DNA of 64,000 nucleotides from positions 766-64,765 of the forward strand of contig JAZOBZ010000016.1 in assembly GCA_045596245.1 (NCBI GenBank), read 5' to 3'. Shown here piece after piece: positions 9,985 to 18,800 of the stretch. Both the position numbers and the translations under genes were made by a program. This DNA comes from Alistipes sp. Lineage in GTDB: Bacteria > Bacteroidota > Bacteroidia > Bacteroidales > Rikenellaceae. A model generated the notes under the pieces. It ran no database searches and was not told the origin of the DNA. It saw nothing but the letters and a program-made list of their open reading frames with translations. The stretch's first letter is position 1, and each line of letters starts with the position of its first letter.

Positions 9985-10890
9985 ATGGACCAGCCCAAGA
10001 TTGAGCGTGTACTGCGTCTGATGAAGATGATGACAAGTGCAAACCGCTACACCGTAGAGGAGTTGGCGGAGCGACTTGACACCTCGTATCGCTCAATCTA
10101 TCGCTACATCGACACCTTCAAAGAGGTTGGCTTTGTCGTGCATAAGGAGGATGGTGGAGTATATCGCTTGGGCAAGGAGAGCCCCTATTTCAAGGATATT
10201 TCACAACTTATCCACTTTACAGACGAGGAGGCGCATATCGTAAATCAACTTATCGGAGCATTAGACGACACCAATATGCTCAAACAGAATCTACGCCGTA
10301 AACTATCCTCCGTCTATAACTGTACCTCTCTTGCGAACAGCATAGTCAAGGGCAAGAATGCCGAGAATGTAAATCGTATCATCGAGGCCATTGATGAGCA
10401 TCGTCAGGTGATACTACACAACTACTCATCATCGCATACAGGCTCCAAGCGCAACCGCCTTGTTGAGCCGATATCATTCACGACAAACTATGTGCAGATT
10501 TGGTGCTACGACCTCTCTGACGGCAAGACAAAGCTCTTTAACACTGCCCGTATTGGCGAGGTTGAGGTGCTTGACTCCGAGTGGCAATACGAGGCTGAAC
10601 ATCGTTGCGGACAGATAGATATATTCCGCAACATGGGCTTTGATAAGATGCGTGTCCAATTGCGATTGGGAGTTATGGCACACAATCTTCTTACCGAGGA
10701 GTATCCACTCTCGGAACGCGACTTAACGCAGATAGATGAGCACCATTGGCTACTCGACACCGAAGTATGCAACTATGCTGGTGTAGGTCGCTTTGTGATG
10801 GGGCTTGCTGAGGATATCGAGGTTATAGATTCTCCCGATTTTACAGAGTATCTGCGAAAGAAATTACAGCTGCTTAACAATAAAATATAG
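9985..10890 (+). CDS. WYL-domain transcriptional regulator (HTH-WYL-WCX)
   Basis: N-terminal wHTH (TVEELAERLDTSYRSIYRYI), WYL region (RLVEPISF...IWCYD...KLFNTARI) and a WCX-like C-terminus. Confidence 0.88.
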   Translation: MDQPKIERVLRLMKMMTSANRYTVEELAERLDTSYRSIYRYIDTFKEVGFVVHKEDGGVYRLGKESPYFKDISQLIHFTDEEAHIVNQLIGALDDTNMLKQNLRRKLSSVYNCTSLANSIVKGKNAENVNRIIEAIDEHRQVILHNYSSSHTGSKRNRLVEPISFTTNYVQIWCYDLSDGKTKLFNTARIGEVEVLDSEWQYEAEHRCGQIDIFRNMGFDKMRVQLRLGVMAHNLLTEEYPLSERDLTQIDEHHWLLDTEVCNYAGVGRFVMGLAEDIEVIDSPDFTEYLRKKLQLLNNKI

Positions 10891-11001
10891 AGAATAAGAG
10901 GAGGGTTAAAAGAGTATACAAGGGTCATGCAAGCGGACAAGGCAGATACAGAAAGAGCCTTTTCATTACAGCTTCTCTCTCATTGTATCAAATCATTAAC
11001 A

Positions 11002-12303
11002 TTATATTCTCTCCAACACCTCCGCAACAACAAAGGTGCTGCCTCCGATAAAAAGTATATCCTCACCACCAAGCTGTTTTTGTGCCATTGCTAACGCCTC
11101 TTCAACCGATGGAGCTACCTCAAAATGGAGGTTCAAAGATGCGGCAACCTCTGCAATTTTTTCGGGTGATGCAGCGCGGCGAATAGATGCCTGAGTGAAT
11201 ATGAAATGTGCATCGTTAGGCATCTGCGCCAACATTTTCGAGAAATCTTTATCCTCACAGAATCCCATCAAACAGATAAGTTTCCCACTATTTACACGAT
11301 TTTTCAGTTGGCGTGCAACCTCAACGATACCATGCTCGTTATGTGCGGTATCGCAAACCACAAGCGGATTCTCGGATAATACCTGCCAACGACCTCGAAA
11401 CGATGTAAGAGCGCAAACATCACGAACACCCTCTACAAAAGCACGGCGCGATATCGAGAGAGGCGTTGTTTCGTGTAGAGTATCAAGTACTGTTGCTACC
11501 GTAGCAAGATTCTGTCGCTGATACTCTCCAAGCAAATCAAGACGCAAACGATAAGGATGACCATCTCGTGTGCGATTGAGAGTAATGACCTGCTTACCAT
11601 CTTCAAAACCGCACTCCCCAAGCGTAAACGCCTCATCTGCATAGATTAACTCCGAGCGCAAATCCTCGGCAATCTCCTCCAAAACAAGGTTGTAGTTGGA
11701 GTTCTTCTCGCCAACAACCACAGGGGTACACTTCTTTATAATACCGCCCTTCTCGCGCGCAATTTTTGGCAGAGAGTCTCCGAGATACTCGGTGTGTTCC
11801 AAACCAATGTTTGTAATTACTGATATTACTGGTTGAACGATATTTGTTGCATCAAGACGACCTCCCAAGCCCGTCTCGATAACCGCAACTTCTACATCAC
11901 TCTGCGCAAAGTAGTCGAACGCCATTGCGGTAGTCATCTCGAAAAATGAGAGTTGCAGACGCTCCATTTCCGCCTTATATCGGTCCACAAAATTCACCAC
12001 CTTCTGCTTTGGTATCATCTCGCCATTTACGCGAATACGCTCACGAAAATCGGTCAAATGTGGCGAGGTAAAGAGACCTGTCTGATAGCCCGCCTGCTGC
12101 AATACGGCAGCAAGCATATTCGATACCGAGCCTTTGCCATTAGTGCCAGCAACATGGATTACAAAGTAATTGCGTTGCGGATTGCCTATCGAGCGACAAA
12201 ACTCAGCAATACGCTCCAAGCCGGGCTTGTAAGCATCTCCGCCAACCTGCTGAAACGAAGGCATTGACGAAAACAGATAATCAAGTGTTTCGGTATAGTT
12301 CAT
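11002..12303 (-). CDS. folC: Bifunctional folylpolyglutamate synthase/dihydrofolate synthase
   Basis: Motifs IHVAGTNGKGS, FTSPHL, ETGLGGRLDATN, CDTAHN and GGSTFVV. Confidence 0.95.
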   Translation of the reverse strand: MNYTETLDYLFSSMPSFQQVGGDAYKPGLERIAEFCRSIGNPQRNYFVIHVAGTNGKGSVSNMLAAVLQQAGYQTGLFTSPHLTDFRERIRVNGEMIPKQKVVNFVDRYKAEMERLQLSFFEMTTAMAFDYFAQSDVEVAVIETGLGGRLDATNIVQPVISVITNIGLEHTEYLGDSLPKIAREKGGIIKKCTPVVVGEKNSNYNLVLEEIAEDLRSELIYADEAFTLGECGFEDGKQVITLNRTRDGHPYRLRLDLLGEYQRQNLATVATVLDTLHETTPLSISRRAFVEGVRDVCALTSFRGRWQVLSENPLVVCDTAHNEHGIVEVARQLKNRVNSGKLICLMGFCEDKDFSKMLAQMPNDAHFIFTQASIRRAASPEKIAEVAASLNLHFEVAPSVEEALAMAQKQLGGEDILFIGGSTFVVAEVLERI

Positions 12304-12311
12304 AATATTTC

Positions 12312-12353
12312 AAATTGAAAATTGACAATTGAAAATTGACAATTGACAATTAT
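12312..12353 (-). repeat. 6 x 7-bp tandem repeat (TCAATT[G/T] on the coding strand) just upstream of folC
   Basis: + strand reads aaattga aaattga caattga aaattga caattga caattat. Confidence 0.85.
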
Positions 12354-12363
12354 AGGAATAATC

Positions 12364-13962
12364 TTAATTTAGATAGAATCGTTTTTTGACTATATAAGCG
12401 ATAAAGTATAGCAGGCACAACACGGCAATATAGAGCGACAATCGACCAATATAATCGCCATATTTAGCGTAGAAGGTTTGTTTGTCGTTAAGACGAATAT
12501 CGGCGGTTAGCACACCTCGATTATCCCAATCCATACGCTGAATATCCTCGCCTTGCATCGTTATAAAGCCCGAAACTCCCGTATTAGCACTTCGTGCCAC
12601 ATCTCGGCGTAGCTCTATGGCTCGCAAACGACAGAACGAGAAGAGATATTTATGTCCGGGCGTATTGCCCCACCAGCCATCGTTTGACACCACAAACAGT
12701 GCCTCGGCTCCATTTCGCACAAACTCCGCCATGTGGTCGCCATACAGACCTTCATAGCATATTGCAGGAGCAACATTCTTGCCATTATGCTCAAATGGAG
12801 TACAACTCTTGCCGATACCGAGCTGACCAAATGTTCCACCCAAGTCTATGGCAAGTCTATCTCCCGCCTTACGCAGCCATGCAGGGATTGTTTCGACTCC
12901 GACAACAAGTTTGCCCTTGTGATGCAGTTGTACCTTCGATGTGGTATCAATACCGAGCGAGGAGTTGAAGATATCCATGTAGTGCATACCCCGTCTGCGT
13001 GCCGTTTCCGAACCTCGCACATTTCCATACAAGCGCATAGTTTCACCACCCGACACAACCATAGTTGCAGGCTTCTCCTTTCGTAGGTAGTCGGATATAC
13101 GATTTACGATATACGAACTTTCGGGTTGTCGGTCGTTTATCATCTCTGCCAATGCCGTTTCAGGCATCAGCACAAACTCTGCCGAATCGGGAGATTGGGC
13201 AAGGAGTTCCATAAGATTATCCTGTTGTTTCTCAGCCGAATTATTAAACTTCTCGTAACAAGGCACATTCGGCTGTGTCACCGATACTGTCATCTTGTCA
13301 AGCGAGGAGTATAATTCGCCATCAGGCTGATACTTATAATACAACGCGATAGATATTCCGAGAGGAACAACGAGTGCCAGCGTTGCCGAAATCCAAGTGC
13401 GCTTGCGCATTGTAAGACACGCCTCAAAGGCGAGGATATTTACCAATAACACCCACAATGAGCCTCCGAAAACACCCGTATATTCAAACCATTGCACTGC
13501 CCAAGGGTCATCGGCAAAACCGTTGCCGAGCGTGAGCCATGGGAAGGACAGCGCAGGGGCTTGGGTGTAGAGATACTCGCCTGCAATCCACGCTGTTGCC
13601 AGCGTTACATAGGCGAGAGCCTTTGACGCGCGTTTCGACACGATATGGTATGTCATAAATGCCAGCAGACTCCACCAAGTCGAACAGATAGTGGCAGCAA
13701 TAGGACCTGCCGGAGTGGCATTCCATACCCACCATATTGTACCTGCATTCCACAACACGAAAGTCAGGGTTGCCCAGCCGAGCATCGAGAGTGTATCACG
13801 CCACGAAGGAGTATATTGTGCGCTTACAAGAAGTAGCGGAAGTAGCCCGACAAAGAGGGTTATGCAACTTGCCCCCTCCCACGGAAGTGACAAAAGCAAC
13901 GCCGAAGCAAGACATAGTGCCGCTTTTGTTTTTTTCGAGAATTGTCGTTTGAACTGTATCAT
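12364..13962 (-). CDS. lnt: Apolipoprotein N-acyltransferase
   Basis: Multi-TM N-terminus, FPWLTLG, QPN, PETA, KGKLVVGVE, ICYE, SNDGWW and RSANTGVS. Confidence 0.95.
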   Translation of the reverse strand: MIQFKRQFSKKTKAALCLASALLLSLPWEGASCITLFVGLLPLLLVSAQYTPSWRDTLSMLGWATLTFVLWNAGTIWWVWNATPAGPIAATICSTWWSLLAFMTYHIVSKRASKALAYVTLATAWIAGEYLYTQAPALSFPWLTLGNGFADDPWAVQWFEYTGVFGGSLWVLLVNILAFEACLTMRKRTWISATLALVVPLGISIALYYKYQPDGELYSSLDKMTVSVTQPNVPCYEKFNNSAEKQQDNLMELLAQSPDSAEFVLMPETALAEMINDRQPESSYIVNRISDYLRKEKPATMVVSGGETMRLYGNVRGSETARRRGMHYMDIFNSSLGIDTTSKVQLHHKGKLVVGVETIPAWLRKAGDRLAIDLGGTFGQLGIGKSCTPFEHNGKNVAPAICYEGLYGDHMAEFVRNGAEALFVVSNDGWWGNTPGHKYLFSFCRLRAIELRRDVARSANTGVSGFITMQGEDIQRMDWDNRGVLTADIRLNDKQTFYAKYGDYIGRLSLYIAVLCLLYFIAYIVKKRFYLN

Positions 13963-14037
13963 TCTGCAAATATAACAAATTTATTCTATTTGTGTTCTTG
14001 CATGTTCAAAAAACCGTTACACGACACAACTTTCAAC

Positions 14038-14073
14038 AAAAAGAGCGTGCTCTAAAACTTATTGAGCACACTC
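14038..14073 (-). terminator. Intrinsic terminator / REP-like hairpin downstream of rubrerythrin
   Basis: Minus strand GAGTGTGCTC-AATAAGTTTTA-GAGCACGCTC followed by a T run. Confidence 0.7.
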
Positions 14074-14117
14074 CTGCTATTTGGGATTGGCGCATATTCC
14101 GCACCCGATATTACATA

Positions 14118-14654
14118 TTAATAGTTCTCAGCCTTAATCTCGAAATAGGCTTGTGGGTGAGCACATACAGGGCAAACCTCAGGTGCCTGCTTGCCTACTA
14201 CGATATGACCACAGTTTGAGCACTGCCAAATCATATCGCCCTCACGCGAGAATACCAAACCACCCTCTACATTCTCCAAGAGTTTGAGGTAACGCTCCTC
14301 ATGCTCCTTCTCGATCTTTGCTACACCCTCGAAGAGGTTTGCGATGTGGTCAAAGCCCTCCTCACGAGCCTCCTTTGCGAAGGTTGCGTACATGTCGGTC
14401 CACTCGTAATTCTCGCCCTCGGCAGCAGCCTTCAAGTTCTGCGCTGTGTCGCCCAAACCGCCAAGCAACTTAAACCAGATTTTAGCGTGCTCCTTCTCGT
14501 TGTTTGCAGTCTCCTCAAACAACTTTGCAATCTGCACATATCCCTCTTTCTTTGCCTTCGATGCGAAGTAGGTGTACTTGTTGCGAGCCTGCGACTCACC
14601 CGCAAATGCGGTCCATAAATTCTGCTCTGTCTTTGAGCCCTTCAAATTTTTCAT
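14118..14654 (-). CDS. rbr: Rubrerythrin
   Basis: [25 protein letters not shown] and rubredoxin motifs CSNCG/CPVCAHP. Confidence 0.95.
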   Translation of the reverse strand: MKNLKGSKTEQNLWTAFAGESQARNKYTYFASKAKKEGYVQIAKLFEETANNEKEHAKIWFKLLGGLGDTAQNLKAAAEGENYEWTDMYATFAKEAREEGFDHIANLFEGVAKIEKEHEERYLKLLENVEGGLVFSREGDMIWQCSNCGHIVVGKQAPEVCPVCAHPQAYFEIKAENY

Positions 14655-14890
14655 AGTCTGTGTTGTATTAAAATGTTAGTTTTTCGTGTTTGCTACTGCG
14701 AAGATAGAATAATTTTTCAATTCATGCAAATACTATTTTCTTATGTAGGCATAAATTTAGCTTATAATCGAGGGTTGTGTGAGTTAGAAATATCGTTGGC
14801 ATTATGATTTTCGCACAAAATGTTCTATTTGGGCGAAATAGTTATCAGCTTGGTTTTTTTGCACAATTTTTTGATTGCGATACTCGTTCT

Positions 14891-14906
14891 TGGCACAGAG
14901 ATTGCA
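14891..14906 (+). promoter_or_regulatory. sigma54 (RpoN) -24/-12 promoter of the host sRNA
   Basis: TGGCACAGAGATTGCA matches TGGCAC-N5-TTGCW, predicting +1 at about 14917. The paralogue at 24566-24581 has the same motif at the same distance. Confidence 0.8.
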
Positions 14907-14957
14907 CAACAATCTAACAGCTGCGGTGATAACTGCACACCGCAGTGAGGTTTCTTT

Positions 14958-14990
14958 ATTTATTTAAGTTTGGGGCAAAAAAGTAGTTTT
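14958..14990 (+). repeat. Left attachment site (core plus element arm)
   Basis: ATTTATTTAAGTTTGGG followed by GCAAAAAAGTAGTTTT. Confidence 0.8.
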
Positions 14991-15018
14991 GCCTAAAACA
15001 AAGTTTGGGTTAGTAGTG

Positions 15019-15055
15019 GAATAGGGCAACTGAGACGGTTCCCCTATTCTTTTTT
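15019..15055 (+). terminator. Intrinsic terminator closing the chimeric sRNA
   Basis: GAATAGGG-CAACT-GAGA-CGGTTC-CCCTATTC followed by TTTTTT. Confidence 0.8.
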
Positions 15056-15092
15056 ACTATTGTATATGCTCTAAAATAGTGATAGCACCAAC

Positions 15093-15114
15093 AAAAAAGG
15101 AGGCGTGTGCCTCC
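15093..15114 (-). terminator. Intrinsic terminator downstream of the nuclease-2TM gene
   Basis: Minus strand GGAGGC-ACAC-GCCTCC followed by a T run. Confidence 0.75.
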
Positions 15115-15137
15115 CCTAAATAATAGACTCTAAGTAA

Positions 15138-15836
15138 CTACTTTGAATTTTGTCTTTGATATTGGTGCGCTTCTAATTCTACCAATTCTAAATCTAAATT
15201 ACCTATCTTTACTCTCTTTATCATTGGCAATAAGAGGGGTAGCATTGCAATAATAGAAATACCTAAAAATAGAGCAAGAAGTTCCCAACTCATTGGTATA
15301 GTATATTTACAATTACCTCCACTATTAGCAACAGATAAACAAATATACAATAAAAAATATATTAAGCAGAATGCAGATATTATCTGACACAAGTCTTTGA
15401 GTTTGCTGTAATTTATATGATATAACACAGACTTAACCTTCTTGATATATTCTTCACTTGCATTGGCAAGGTTTAGTATGTTTTTAGCATATTGCCACTT
15501 ATTATTCTGCTTCGAGTATACCCACCAATTGCCATCATCATAAGTAACAATGTGTATCTCGGCAAATACTCTTGCAGAATCCATAAACTCCTCATACATA
15601 CCCACTTGGTGGAGTGTATGCTTAATGTCTTTTGTTTTGGCATCTTTTTTAAGTTCAAACGCTTGTATTATCTTACCTCCGACAACAATTGCGACATCAA
15701 GACGACTACTAAACTTTGCCGTTTTGGAACTAATATGCCGTTCTGTTTCTATGGTATCACTTGGATAACCTTGTTTTTTTAAGAACTCAATAAATTCTGA
15801 CTGCATCTCTACTTCTGTCTTAAACCCCATATACAT
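15138..15836 (-). CDS. Putative PD-(D/E)XK (HsdR-N-like) nuclease domain fused to two C-terminal transmembrane helices
   Basis: TEVEMQ...KQGY...IETE...RLDVAIV...QAFELK...QVGMY pattern, followed by two hydrophobic segments. Confidence 0.6.
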   Translation of the reverse strand: MYMGFKTEVEMQSEFIEFLKKQGYPSDTIETERHISSKTAKFSSRLDVAIVVGGKIIQAFELKKDAKTKDIKHTLHQVGMYEEFMDSARVFAEIHIVTYDDGNWWVYSKQNNKWQYAKNILNLANASEEYIKKVKSVLYHINYSKLKDLCQIISAFCLIYFLLYICLSVANSGGNCKYTIPMSWELLALFLGISIIAMLPLLLPMIKRVKIGNLDLELVELEAHQYQRQNSK

Positions 15837-15892
15837 CGTGTTTTAAGGTTGGGAGGAGTGCGAATCCTCCCAACCGAGTTGTTAATATCGGA

Positions 15893-18800
15893 TTATTCGT
15901 TTGCAACGAGATAAGAACTGTGCGAGGACCAACCACTTGCAGACTTATAAAGTGAAACAGACTCCGAAGGTACATAAATAGGACACTTTGCCATCTTGTG
16001 TTGGGTGTTATCCAATGGCCCATACGATGTGTTATAATACCAAAACGCTCTATTACCGTATGTTGGGGGATTAATTGCAGCACAAGAAACTTTCTCCAAT
16101 TTAGTGCAATCATAAAAAGCATAATTACCAATGGAGGTGATGCCTGTTCCCAATGTTATATTTTTTATGCTTTCGCAACCATAGAACGCTTCTATTCCAA
16201 TTGTAGATACGCTATTTGGTATATTTACTGATTCTAAACTGCTGCAACGATAAAATGCCTGAGTTCCAATCTCGGCAACACCATCGGCAATCGCTATGCT
16301 TCTTAGAGATTCACAATTAGCAGCAAATGTATAATTTCCAATTCTTGTTATATTGTTACCAATAGTTATTGAAGAGAATAAATTGCCGTCTGTCCATCTG
16401 AAATCTTGATAAGAGTTGTAATCGGTTTCTATAACTTTGCTGTTAATTATCAACTCTCCTGTACAACCGCTAAAAGCAGATGTTTCAATTTGTGTAATAT
16501 GCTCAGGGATAGTAATACTTGTTAGAGACGAACAATTTTGGAATGTATATCTCTTAATTACAGTAATATCAGACGGAATAATTAGTTTTGTTAATTCTTT
16601 CCCATTTAGGAACAATTTGCCACCAAAAGGTGAAATTAGATTACACTTGCAATATGCTGACAAATCACTGATATACACCTCTTCTACTTTATTATTATAA
16701 AATACATCTGAACCTATTGTATTGATAACACAACCATTCATTGTAAGTCGTTGTAGTCCTGTGCAACCATAAAATGCTCTCTCTCCGATTGTTTCAACTT
16801 TCTTGCCTAAAACAACCTCTGTTAAAGCAGTGCAACCATAGAATGCCTCGTTGCCTATTTCAGTTACATTATCAGGTATGCTAATCTTTGTTAGACTTGT
16901 GCAAGAGTAGAACGCTCTACCCCCAATTGATGTTACACTATTTGGAAGCGTAATACTTTGTATAGGTATTTCGACAGAAGCAGAATAAAAGGCATCATTG
17001 CCAATAGTTGTTACCGCTCCATCAAATCTTATAACTCCCTTACCATTCTCATAGGTATTAGAAATGATATTTGCTCCAAAAACATCTGTTGCGTGAGGAG
17101 TAGCAACACTTGCATCTGTTGTTGTGTACCAAATTTCATTATATGGGTAATATGGTACGATAGGCGCATATCCCGATGTGATTTCGCTGTTACCATCAGA
17201 GAGATACAATGCAACATTTGCTGATTGAGTGCCTATAAAGAATCCTTCGCTCAGATTCTCGCTCGAAGCGACAATAGAGATTACGCCATTTGTTGTATCG
17301 GCATCACACGACAAGATAGGCATATCAACAAATGACACTGCACGAGTAATGGTATATACCGTTTTTACTGATAGTATTGACTGCCAATTAGCGGCAATTT
17401 CAGCAACTGCACTTTTTGGAGAGATTTGGAAGTCCAACTCAACTGCACCATCTTTTACACACGCTTTACCATCAGAGTACTTCGGAATATAGGTTATGGA
17501 CTGAATACGCTTCATAAGGTTTGCAATATCATCTTTCATATTGGCAATATCCTGCAAGATGTCTGCTATCTGCTGTTGGATAGCATCAACCTCACTCTCC
17601 AATGTTGCAACACGGGAGGTAAGCGCATCGATGGTGGCATTTACGGTAGCGATTTCATTGTCAATACGACTATTGATTGTAGATATCTGTGTTGCAATCT
17701 CACCACGCAACTCGCCATCAAGTGTTGAGATAGCGGTGGCGATGGCAGATTTGTATGCTTTGGTAATCTCAGTCTTGGTAGTTGCCAACTCCTGTTGCAG
17801 TTTTGCAATGTCCTCCGAGTTTTGAGCAATTGCCTCTGCATTATTGTTTATTGCAATAGCATTTTTTGCGATAAGTTCTGCGTTCTTCGCAATCTTCTCT
17901 GCATTGGTAGCAATATCTGTGGCGTTCTTGGCAATAGCAGTATCGGTTGAAGATTTCAATGCCTCGATAGCACTTTTGTTCTCGGCAATCAGTTCTGCAT
18001 TTTTAGAGATATTAACTTTGCACACCTCTATCTTTGAAGAGTTGGCAGTTATAGTGCTACTATTAGCAGATATTGCTTGTGCATTGTTGCTGATATTTTG
18101 TGCATTTGCAGCAATGGCAGCAGCATTCTCCGCTATCTTATTTGCATTCTCTACCGAAGTAGAATTTTCCAAATTACTTACTCTCGCTCTCAATGCTTCA
18201 ATAGCAGAACTATTTGAGTTAATAAGCATCTTCAACTCGTCAGAAAGGGTGTTGATAAGAGTTTCGAGATATGCTTTCTGTGCATCGAGCTTATTGTTAA
18301 ATTCTTCTGTCAATGTAGCAAGCAGAGCATCAATCTCCGTAATAGTATAGTATCCCTTCAACTGCTCATTTACCCACGATTGCATTGATGATTCCAATGT
18401 TGATATGGCACTTTCAATAGCAGCAGTATAAGCAGCAGTAATCTCACTTTTAGCGGTATTGATTGCAGATGTATAAGCATCGGTAATATCTTTAACATTT
18501 TGCTGTATATCCTCATTGAGAGTAGCAACCGCTGCTGCTATATCATTCGAAATCTTTTCGTTAATACGGGTTTCGAGGTTTGCAATACTTGTGTTTATTG
18601 CTGTGATTTGTGTCTTGATTGTTGCTACCTCGTTGGCAAGGGCATTGTACTGTTCTAATGTAGCAAAGGTTGCCTCTGCCCAATCTTTGGTGTTGCTTAA
18701 CTCGGTATCTACATAGTTTTGCAAATCGGTTATCTTCTTCTCTAACTCTGCATCTTTTGCTTGGAGTGCCGAAATTGCAGCAGTGATTTGGGCAAGTTCC

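Larger units (their letters stand above)
14917..15055 (+). ncRNA. Putative sRNA, chimeric after integration: host 5' half (14917-14974) plus element-supplied 3' end and terminator
   Basis: Hairpin CTGCGGTG-ATAACTGCA-CACCGCAG (14921-14945), U-rich tract, AAGTTTGGG core, second seed AAGTTTGGGTTAGTAG (15001-15016), and terminator GAATAGGG...CCCTATTC plus T run. Confidence 0.7.

Noticed and set aside
9789-9998. 69-aa minus-strand ORF rich in CKMQNA
   Set aside because: It is the translation of the heptamer array and overlaps two real genes.
14811-14838. TTCGCACAAA/TTTGGGCGAA inverted repeat as the sigma54 activator site
   Set aside because: The position is plausible, but the repeat is imperfect and no counterpart was seen upstream of the second copy.
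15847-15875. Hairpin GGTTGGGAGGA/TCCTCCCAACC between the adhesin and nuclease genes
   Set aside because: No clear T-run on the coding strand, so it was not called a terminator; probably a stabilising or processing stem.
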